Assembly: GCA_050175015.1 (NCBI GenBank)
Contig: JBFXJJ010000002.1
Span: 160,001 to 224,000 of the forward strand
Source of the DNA: Alphaproteobacteria bacterium
GTDB taxonomy: Bacteria > Pseudomonadota > Alphaproteobacteria > JBFXJJ01
Direction: 5' to 3'
Length of the DNA: 64,000 bases
The notes beneath the pieces were generated by a model. The model was given only the letters and a program-made list of their open reading frames with translations, was not told the origin of the DNA and ran no database searches. Position 1 is the first letter of the stretch; each line of letters opens with the position of its first letter. The position numbers and the translations under genes are program-made. Positions 16,952-24,421 of the stretch are shown piece by piece.

Positions 16952-17581
16952 ATGAATTTTGAACAAGTTTGGCAAGCAATCGATATTTTAGCAGAACTAA
17001 ACGGACTTTCAGCATCAGGACTTGCTCGCAAAGCAAACCTTGATCCAACGGCATTCAATCCCAGTAAAAGAGTTGGAACCGACGGTCGTTTGCGTTGGCC
17101 CTCGATGGAAAGCATTCATAAAATTTTGACGGCAACGAACTGTTCTATGGAATTTTTTGCAGGACTAGTCGGTGAGGATTCCAGCAAAACAGGTAACACA
17201 ATCCCTCTTCTAGGGTTTGCGCAAGCTGGAAATGATGGTTATTTTGATGAATCAGGCTATCCTTACGGTGTTGACAGCTGGGACGGCATAGAATTTCCTC
17301 AAGTAAACGACACCAACGCCTATGCAATTGAGGTTAGCGGGGATTCTATGGAACCAGCATACCGCGAAGGTGATGTTTTAATTGTTTCGCCCTCAGAAAC
17401 GGCAAGACGTGGCGATAGAGTGGTCGTAAAAACCAAAGAAGGCGAAGTTATGGTAAAGGAGCTTAAACGGCAGACAGCTATGAAAGTTGAATTGAAGTCT
17501 CTCAATCCTGAACACTCCGACCGTGAATTTGATGCCCGTGATATTGCTTGGATTGCAAGAGTTTTATGGGTAAGCCAATAA
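16952..17581 (+). CDS. LexA/CI-like repressor (HTH + S24 peptidase), RogA-like family
   Basis: W.AID.LA...GLSASGLARKA.LDPT.FN.SKR HTH; AQAG cleavage site, GDSM catalytic Ser, VKEL catalytic Lys. Confidence 0.9.
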   Translation: MNFEQVWQAIDILAELNGLSASGLARKANLDPTAFNPSKRVGTDGRLRWPSMESIHKILTATNCSMEFFAGLVGEDSSKTGNTIPLLGFAQAGNDGYFDESGYPYGVDSWDGIEFPQVNDTNAYAIEVSGDSMEPAYREGDVLIVSPSETARRGDRVVVKTKEGEVMVKELKRQTAMKVELKSLNPEHSDREFDARDIAWIARVLWVSQ

Positions 17582-17890
17582 GCAATTGTTTTTAATCTAA
17601 ATTTTTTAAAAATTGCAGATTATCTAACCCTTCCCGAGGTTAATGATAAACTATAATAAAAGGCTTTAAAACTTCTTGCTTTTAATTGTGTTCATTCTGA
17701 CTAAATAAAAAAGTTTTGATTTTACTTTTACAAAAGTAAAAACCTAACCTGTTAAGGTTGCCGTAAGGCAAAGAAAAAACCTCCCAAGCGTCAACTAGGC
17801 TAGCTAGTTATACCGACTCTCAAGGGAGGTTATCTATTAAAATATCAGAGATGCTTAAAAAGGCAAAGGCTTTGATGGGAAAAGGACTCT

Positions 17891-18136
17891 TTATAACTGA
17901 TATGGCAGAACTTTTTTGCAATATCTGCGGAATTCTTCAGGAGCATTATTGCAGATATGCTTAATTGCTAAAACCATTATTCCTACTTTTTCTTGATGAT
18001 TGTTTTTTACATAATCAACAAAAAAATCTACCGCCATTTTGCGTTCTTCAATAGAAATATCTTTGCTTGTTATATAGCTTAACGTTGCCTCGAACATTCT
18101 CTGACTTTTACTACTATCTGAAGCCTCATAAAGCAT
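17891..18136 (-). CDS. Small helical hypothetical protein (paralog A)
   Basis: Aligns along its length with 18432-18671. Confidence 0.75.
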   Translation of the reverse strand: MLYEASDSSKSQRMFEATLSYITSKDISIEERKMAVDFFVDYVKNNHQEKVGIMVLAIKHICNNAPEEFRRYCKKVLPYQL

Positions 18137-18431
18137 TGAAGAAACCTTTCTAAAAAAAGCAAATTGCTTAACTTAAAAAGATTTTAAGGTTCTAAAGGTT
18201 AATATTTATTAAAAGCTGAATAATTAATTATAACTATGTTAAAAGCTTTTGGCATTTATCTGCCTGCTTTTATTTTTGTCTTTATAAAGATAAAAGCAAA
18301 ACTCTCGCAAAGCGAGCTATCTTATAAATAACCAAAGGATTTCACCATAGTAAATAAAATTTAGGGCCAAAAATCCTTCCTACTTCAGAAAAGACTTCAG
18401 CCCTATTTAAAAGGTTGCTTAAACGATGTTG

Positions 18432-18671
18432 CTATTTTAGAATTACTTTGCAGTATTCTTTTACTTCTAATGGTGCATTTTCGCCAATTTTGTTAATGAC
18501 CTCAACAACCAGCCCTGTTTTTTCATTCGGATTGCTTTTAACATAATCCGCCAAGAAATCAACGGCGGCTTTCTTCTCACCAATCGAGCTTTCATTACTG
18601 GAAATATAATTAACCACCGACATAAAAACTTCATGATGTTTATGATAATTATTGCCTTTTTCGTTAAGCAT
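18432..18671 (-). CDS. Small helical hypothetical protein (paralog B)
   Basis: Shares YI.S...SI.E.K.AVDF..DYVK.N..EK.G.....I..I..NAP.E...YCK with paralog A. Confidence 0.75.
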   Translation of the reverse strand: MLNEKGNNYHKHHEVFMSVVNYISSNESSIGEKKAAVDFLADYVKSNPNEKTGLVVEVINKIGENAPLEVKEYCKVILK

Positions 18672-18701
18672 AGGATTTCCCTTTATAAAAAAATGCCTAA
18701 A

Positions 18702-18744
18702 ACATAATCTTGTATTAAATACAGTAAATACTACAAGATTATGT
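18702..18744 (-). terminator. 13-bp inverted repeat, probable terminator of the NUDIX gene
   Basis: ACATAATCTTGTA...TACAAGATTATGT followed by TTT on the minus strand. Confidence 0.5.
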
Positions 18745-18774
18745 ACAGCATAATCGCAAAAGGTAAAAAATTTA

Positions 18775-19275
18775 TCAAGATTTAAAAAAATATTTTATCG
18801 CATTCTTATGAAAGTATTGCATCGTTTCCAAAGGAGCTTTAGTAAAAGGCGTCCAAACTAAACGCTCTCCGCCGTTATTAAACCACTCATCTTTTTCTAA
18901 AAATGCTTTCAAATTATTACTTGCTGTTATCTCAATCTTCCAAAAAGTCATATTATAAAGCCAATATTCTTTATCGACATCGGCATAAAAATTAATGTCT
19001 TGAGAAAACTCCTTTTGAATTTGTTCTTTTTTCAATCCCAAAACAGCCAAGCCTGTTTCTTCTTCTATCTCTCTTGCTGCGGCTTCTATTAAATCCTCAC
19101 CTTTTTCAATCCCGCCGCCGACAAGTTCGGCACTATTTTGAGCGTGCGGAGGATAGGACAGAAGCAGTCCTTTAGTGTTGTGATATAGAACAATATGAAT
19201 GGAATTTCTTGGTCTTATAATATCGCCTTTTTGCGGTTTATGTTCAACACCATAGCGGTCGAAAAATTCAGTCAT
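18775..19275 (-). CDS. NUDIX hydrolase
   Basis: GGIEKGEDLIEAAAREIEEETGL Nudix box. Confidence 0.9.
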   Translation of the reverse strand: MTEFFDRYGVEHKPQKGDIIRPRNSIHIVLYHNTKGLLLSYPPHAQNSAELVGGGIEKGEDLIEAAAREIEEETGLAVLGLKKEQIQKEFSQDINFYADVDKEYWLYNMTFWKIEITASNNLKAFLEKDEWFNNGGERLVWTPFTKAPLETMQYFHKNAIKYFFKS

Positions 19276-19295
19276 ATCTTTATCCTCAAAATCTA

Positions 19296-20477
19296 TTATT
19301 TAGGCTGTTTTCTTAAGATTATGCCATAAATAGGCAAAACAATTATTTTAGGAATCAAAATGCAAACCAGCAGTGTTGGCATCGCACCATAAATATCCGC
19401 AAAAAAACCAACAATCACAGAGACTACCGCAAAGAAAGCACTGCCTAATAACGATACCATTGACCCCATTGTTGCCCTTTGTTTATCACTGAATTCTTTC
19501 TGCATAATTGAATTCTCAGCAATTAACGTTGTTCCAAAAAGCAGTGAGGGCAAAGCTAGCAAAAAAGGCGAAACAATGTTGTTAATTAAAACCGCCGCAA
19601 CATTGATAATCCCGCTAAGAGCTGTTCCTTGAACAAAAATTTTGAAATATCCAAATTTATTAATTATACTGCCAGCAAACCAAAAGCTAAAAACTGCCCC
19701 CAAATTACAAAGTGATTTTATTAAGTTAATTGCCCAATCAGGAATGATGTTTTTTATAAAAGCAGCCTGAAACTGATAACTCGCCTCACCAAAGCTAAAA
19801 CTAACAATGCTAGCGATAGTAAACCACTTGAGCTTTTTATTCTGATGAAAACTTTTTATCGCCTCTTTGGTATGAGCTAGAACATTCGTCTCAAATTTAT
19901 GCGAATGGCTTTCTGGTTCTACAAAGAAACAAGAGGTTATTATTTGGCAAAATTTTGGTATTACACTTAATAAGAATGCCAATTTATAAGAATGCCAAAC
20001 AGCCGCAGCTCCTAATAACGAGGCACAGAAAATGGCAGCTTGAAACATTGATGATACTTTACCTTGGCAATCATCATAATCTTTATCTTCCCCCGTTTCC
20101 TGCAACGTTTCATAAAGCAAAGCCTTGTCTGTTCCCGAATAAAAAGATCTGGCAAGACCTTCAAAAGCAGCTCCAATAATAAGAAAGCTGTAATCGTTAG
20201 CAAAAGTATAAAATATTAAGCTGAAAAAACCAGCAACGGCTCCGCAAATCATTGAGCCTTTACGTTGAAGATGCCTGTCTGACAATATTCCTGTAGGAAC
20301 TTCAAGTAGCGACTGGGATAAATAAATAACAGAAAAAACACTCATTCCAAAAGCATAAGAACCCGAAATTTCTGCGAAGTAAATTATAGCTATTGGAGCA
20401 TAAAGCCTAAAATCTTCAAAAAAATTGAACCACTTAAGAAGCGTAATATTGCGCTTAATCTTAAAATTGTGGTTCAA
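19296..20477 (-). CDS. MFS transporter
   Basis: About 12 TM segments; LEVPTG.LSDR..RK, SGT.KALLYE, RAT.GS. Confidence 0.9.
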   Translation of the reverse strand: MNHNFKIKRNITLLKWFNFFEDFRLYAPIAIIYFAEISGSYAFGMSVFSVIYLSQSLLEVPTGILSDRHLQRKGSMICGAVAGFFSLIFYTFANDYSFLIIGAAFEGLARSFYSGTDKALLYETLQETGEDKDYDDCQGKVSSMFQAAIFCASLLGAAAVWHSYKLAFLLSVIPKFCQIITSCFFVEPESHSHKFETNVLAHTKEAIKSFHQNKKLKWFTIASIVSFSFGEASYQFQAAFIKNIIPDWAINLIKSLCNLGAVFSFWFAGSIINKFGYFKIFVQGTALSGIINVAAVLINNIVSPFLLALPSLLFGTTLIAENSIMQKEFSDKQRATMGSMVSLLGSAFFAVVSVIVGFFADIYGAMPTLLVCILIPKIIVLPIYGIILRKQPK

Positions 20478-20549
20478 TTTCTTCTACCTAATATTTTATG
20501 TCTAGCAAATGTCTGCTAACAGCTTTATTTTTAAACTTATCTAAAAAAA

Positions 20550-21527
20550 TTACATACCACGTGATTTTTTAGAGGCAATAACAGCCTGCATTGCATTAGT
20601 GTTAGCTTTAGTTTGGCTATTCAATGCAACTGGACGGTAAAACTTCAAAAGCTCAGGCATACCTTTTTCAAGAATTTCAGTAGGTCTGTTGTCATCGTTC
20701 ATTTGTTTATAATGACCTTCTACAGCTATTGAATATTCCTTGCTTGTGGCAAATCTTTCATAAAGTTTTAAAGTTGAATCAGATGGTGTTGCACCGTGTT
20801 TTTGCCAAGCAAAATCAATTCCTGCACCAACGCCGCTGCCGCCATCGGAACGAACATTGTCACCAATCATTACAGCCTTAGATTTATCAGTTAAACCAAA
20901 ATCTTTCAAAATTTTCTCAACCGCTTTAGGATTAGGTTTTGATGTCTTGGGACCTTGAACAATGAGTTTATCACCCAAAGCCTCTTTGAATTCTATGGCT
21001 TTACCTTTAACTGGAAGGGTTACAGGCTTGCCTTCTTTATCTAAATCAGGCTGAACATACATTCCGTCAATTAAATCAGTAGGAAAACCCATTTTAGCAA
21101 GACGAGGAACGCAAGATGATTCTCTCGAATCGGTAAATAAAACAACCTTGGCTCCTGACTGCTTAATTTTTCTAAGTGCAGCTAAAGCTCCATTATAAGG
21201 GCAAGCTTTTTGTTTAATCTGCTGCCAGTTATGGATAATTTCAGCATCGCTTTTCTCAAATTTTGCGGCTTCTTCTGGGGTCTTGGGCTTAAGACAAGGA
21301 GCAAAACTCATCGTCTGCACAATATCTTTACCTGCAACAACGCCAGGAACGTGTTTTAAATGCTCTGGGATATTGTCAAAAATATCCTTTTCTAAAACTT
21401 CTCTTTCAATGCCTCTGCTTTTAGCTAAAGCATCAAGAGCATAATCAAAAGCATCTCCCCAAACATTAATGGTGTCGGAAAGGGTATTGTCTATATCAAA
21501 AATAAACAGGCTTTTTTCTTTTTTCAT
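20550..21527 (-). CDS. HAD-family hydrolase
   Basis: FDIDNTL motif I, FTDS, KPNP, MIGD...SDG. Confidence 0.85.
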   Translation of the reverse strand: MKKEKSLFIFDIDNTLSDTINVWGDAFDYALDALAKSRGIEREVLEKDIFDNIPEHLKHVPGVVAGKDIVQTMSFAPCLKPKTPEEAAKFEKSDAEIIHNWQQIKQKACPYNGALAALRKIKQSGAKVVLFTDSRESSCVPRLAKMGFPTDLIDGMYVQPDLDKEGKPVTLPVKGKAIEFKEALGDKLIVQGPKTSKPNPKAVEKILKDFGLTDKSKAVMIGDNVRSDGGSGVGAGIDFAWQKHGATPSDSTLKLYERFATSKEYSIAVEGHYKQMNDDNRPTEILEKGMPELLKFYRPVALNSQTKANTNAMQAVIASKKSRGM

Positions 21528-21611
21528 AGCGTTTAGTCCTTAAAATTTAGAATAACTTAAAAATTTAAAATGATTATATCTTTTCCATCATTTTTAGTCA
21601 AAACATTTTTG

Positions 21612-23198
21612 TCAAATTTTGTGCAAAATCTGATCTATTAAATCAGCTGATTTTTTTAAACCGTAAAGCGCAAAAACTGAACCCATACGAGGTCCTTGAT
21701 CTTGACCAAGTATAATTTCATAAAGAGCTTTAAACCAATTTCTGAGTTCACCAGCAAAAACATCAAGATTTTCCTTACCTACAGCGTAAACTGCACTTTG
21801 AACTTCATCGGCAGTTGACTTCTCGGGAAGAGTTTCAAGTTTATCCTTTAAAATAGACAAAACTCGTTTTTCATCATCATTAGGGGTTTTAAATTTTTTG
21901 TTTGGTAACACAAAATCTTTATAATAACTAATAGCAAAGCCAACTAATTTGTTTAAAAACGGGCAAGACTCTGGAGTTGCTTTTGGTTCATAGGCAGAAA
22001 TATAATGCCAGATAGCGGCAGGATCATCAGAACCGCAAACGCTTACCAAATTAAGCAGAACACTCATAGAGATTGAGGCTTCAGGCTGCGGAACTTTGCC
22101 ACTGTGAATATGCCAAGCTGGATTATCTATTTTTTCAGCGTCTTTCTGCTTAGGGTAGTTTTCAATGAAGGCAATATAGTCATCAATCGCTCTTGGAATA
22201 ACGTCAAAATAAAGCTTTTTAGCGGTCTTTGGTTTTTGATACATAAATAAAGCCAAAGATTCTTGAGGCGCATATTTAAGCCAATCTTCAACCGCTAAAC
22301 CGTTTCCTTTTGATTTCGATATTTTTTCGCCCTTGTCATCAAGGAATAGTTCATAGGTAAGATTTTGCGGAGCTTCCCCACCTAAAATTTTACAAATACG
22401 GCTGGATAATCTAACCGAATCGGTTAAATCTTTGCCCGACATTTCATAATTAACATCAAGAGCCGTCCAGCGCATTGCCCAGTCGACTTTCCACTGTAAT
22501 TTGCAATTACCGCCTGTAACTTCGGTTTCAACTAACGAGCCATCTTCATCACGATATATAATAGTGCCGCTCTCGGGTTTGGTTTCAACCACGGGAACCT
22601 GCAAAACTTTTCCTGTTTTTTTGCATACAGGAAGATATGGGCTGTAAGTTGCTTTGCGCTCATCACCTAGGGTTGGCAGAACGACATTTATAACTTCGTC
22701 ATAATGCTTCAAAATTGCGAGCAGCGTTTTATCAAACATACCTGATTTATAACATTCGGTTGAACTCTTAAACTCATAATCAAACCCAAATGAATCTAAA
22801 AAGCCTTTAAGCCTAGCGTTGTTATGATGTCCAAAACTTTCATATTTACCAAAAGGGTCAGGAATGGTCGTTAAAGACTTGCCTAAATGCTGCGCCACCA
22901 TATCTTTATTAGGAATATTGTCTGGGACTTTGCGCAAGCCGTCCATATCATCAGAGAAACAAAACAGCTTGGTTTTAAATTCAGGGAAAAGCAAAGCAAA
23001 GGCATTTTTGACCATAATTGTTCTGGCAACTTCGCCAAAAGTTCCAATATGAGGAAGTCCTGATGGTCCATACCCTGTTTCAAACAAAACAAAGCCTTTT
23101 TCCGGAACCTTGCCTCTCAACCTCTTTTCCATTAAATTTCTAGCTTCTTCGAAAGGCCAAGCTTTGCTTGCTTGTGCAAACTCTCTAAAATCTGACAT
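21612..23198 (-). CDS. lysS: Lysine--tRNA ligase, class I
   Basis: ETGYGPSGLPHIGTFGE, KLQWKVDWAMRW, KISKSKGNG, QGPRMG. Confidence 0.97.
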   Translation of the reverse strand: MSDFREFAQASKAWPFEEARNLMEKRLRGKVPEKGFVLFETGYGPSGLPHIGTFGEVARTIMVKNAFALLFPEFKTKLFCFSDDMDGLRKVPDNIPNKDMVAQHLGKSLTTIPDPFGKYESFGHHNNARLKGFLDSFGFDYEFKSSTECYKSGMFDKTLLAILKHYDEVINVVLPTLGDERKATYSPYLPVCKKTGKVLQVPVVETKPESGTIIYRDEDGSLVETEVTGGNCKLQWKVDWAMRWTALDVNYEMSGKDLTDSVRLSSRICKILGGEAPQNLTYELFLDDKGEKISKSKGNGLAVEDWLKYAPQESLALFMYQKPKTAKKLYFDVIPRAIDDYIAFIENYPKQKDAEKIDNPAWHIHSGKVPQPEASISMSVLLNLVSVCGSDDPAAIWHYISAYEPKATPESCPFLNKLVGFAISYYKDFVLPNKKFKTPNDDEKRVLSILKDKLETLPEKSTADEVQSAVYAVGKENLDVFAGELRNWFKALYEIILGQDQGPRMGSVFALYGLKKSADLIDQILHKI

Positions 23199-23354
23199 AA
23201 TTTTATCCTTGTTTTTTAGTTAGGTTAAGCTTTCCTGCAAATTTAACACTTAATCTTAGAACAACAATATTTTTTTATTTTATTTTTGATAAATATGGAA
23301 AAAAATCGCATAATCTTTTTAAATTTCAATATTTCATAGTGGATATGCCAAAAA

Positions 23355-24416
23355 ATGAAGCTTTTTAAAATAATTATCAGTATGGGACTGCCTCTTTTTC
23401 TCTCGGGCTGCCTTGAAGAATTCAAATCATTTTATCCTCAAAATGTTTCTCTTGATAGCAATGATGACGCCTATTTGGGTGAAAAACATATTTTAACAAT
23501 AGACACTGGCAAAGAAGATTTAATAGCTGTTATAGACAATTACAAAAAGACTTGCTCTGAACTGCAATGTTATGTCCTTTCTTCCACGGCAGTAGATAAA
23601 AGCTCTGCACAATTAAAAATCTTAATACCAAATATTAATGTTGATGAATTATTAGAGAAAGTTAAAGCAAAGGTTGTTTCTAAAGCTTTGTTAGAGAGCA
23701 TTAATCCTTCAGATGCAGGTTTAGAAAAAAGACTTGCAATAAAAAATGCAACCTTTGACAGTTTGCTTTCAAAATTAAACCAAGACACCGCTAATCCTTT
23801 AAAAGTTTCAGAGGAACTTAACAATATTCAAACCGACATTGAAACCATTAAATTGTTTCAAAAAATAAAAGATAAGCCCATAAAATTAAAACCTATCTTA
23901 AAAGGGAATTTAAAAGACAAGAAAACAGAGGTAAAGACTGCCAATGATAACAAAAAATTAAAAGTCATATCAGAAGGCAAAGAATATTATGTTGATACCA
24001 ACCCTAAACTTATAATGCTTGATATTAAGTTGGGAGAAGTTGTTCCCTTTTATGGTCTTAATATTAATCTAATAAAAGATACTTTTGCTAAATCTTATAA
24101 AATATTTGTTATAAGTGCCTCTTATGCCATAGTGTCTCTTGCTATTATACTTCCTTGGCTGCCGCTTGCTGTTATTTTTATGTGGCTGTTATCCATTGTT
24201 TTTAAACAGAAAATTAAAATAAAAACCTTTGTATCCCAGAATAAAACCAAAGAAAAATCCCGCAATGCAGGTGATGATAAAGAGCCCTTTTTTGATTCCG
24301 CAGATGATGATGATGACGAAGATGTTCCCGAAAAGAAAAAGGGTCTTCTAGGCGGTCTTTTTACAAAAAAGGTAGAACCAGCTAAAGACACTTCAACAGA
24401 AGAAACTGAGGAATAG
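23355..24416 (+). CDS. Lipoprotein, DUF4349-like, with C-terminal TM
   Basis: LSGC lipobox, coiled coil, LPWLPL TM segment, acidic tail. Confidence 0.6.
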   Translation: MKLFKIIISMGLPLFLSGCLEEFKSFYPQNVSLDSNDDAYLGEKHILTIDTGKEDLIAVIDNYKKTCSELQCYVLSSTAVDKSSAQLKILIPNINVDELLEKVKAKVVSKALLESINPSDAGLEKRLAIKNATFDSLLSKLNQDTANPLKVSEELNNIQTDIETIKLFQKIKDKPIKLKPILKGNLKDKKTEVKTANDNKKLKVISEGKEYYVDTNPKLIMLDIKLGEVVPFYGLNINLIKDTFAKSYKIFVISASYAIVSLAIILPWLPLAVIFMWLLSIVFKQKIKIKTFVSQNKTKEKSRNAGDDKEPFFDSADDDDDEDVPEKKKGLLGGLFTKKVEPAKDTSTEETEE

Positions 24417-24421
24417 TTTCC

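Larger units (their letters stand above)
3471..17581. mobile_element. T7-like (podovirus) head/tail/lysis/packaging gene cluster with regulatory module; GTA-like domesticated element or defective prophage
   Basis: Contiguous co-oriented virion genes with overlapping stops/starts; no integrase, polymerase, helicase or att repeat seen; divergent S24 repressor at the right end. Confidence 0.88.

Noticed and set aside
18173-18187. CtrA box TTAA-N7-TTAA upstream of the 81-aa ORF
   Set aside because: Expected by chance in such AT-rich intergenic DNA and lacks the terminal C.
3400-21600. Complete inducible prophage with att sites and an integrase
   Set aside because: No integrase, replication genes or flanking direct repeats found by eye; the only tRNA is ~31 kb from the cluster with ordinary neighbours.
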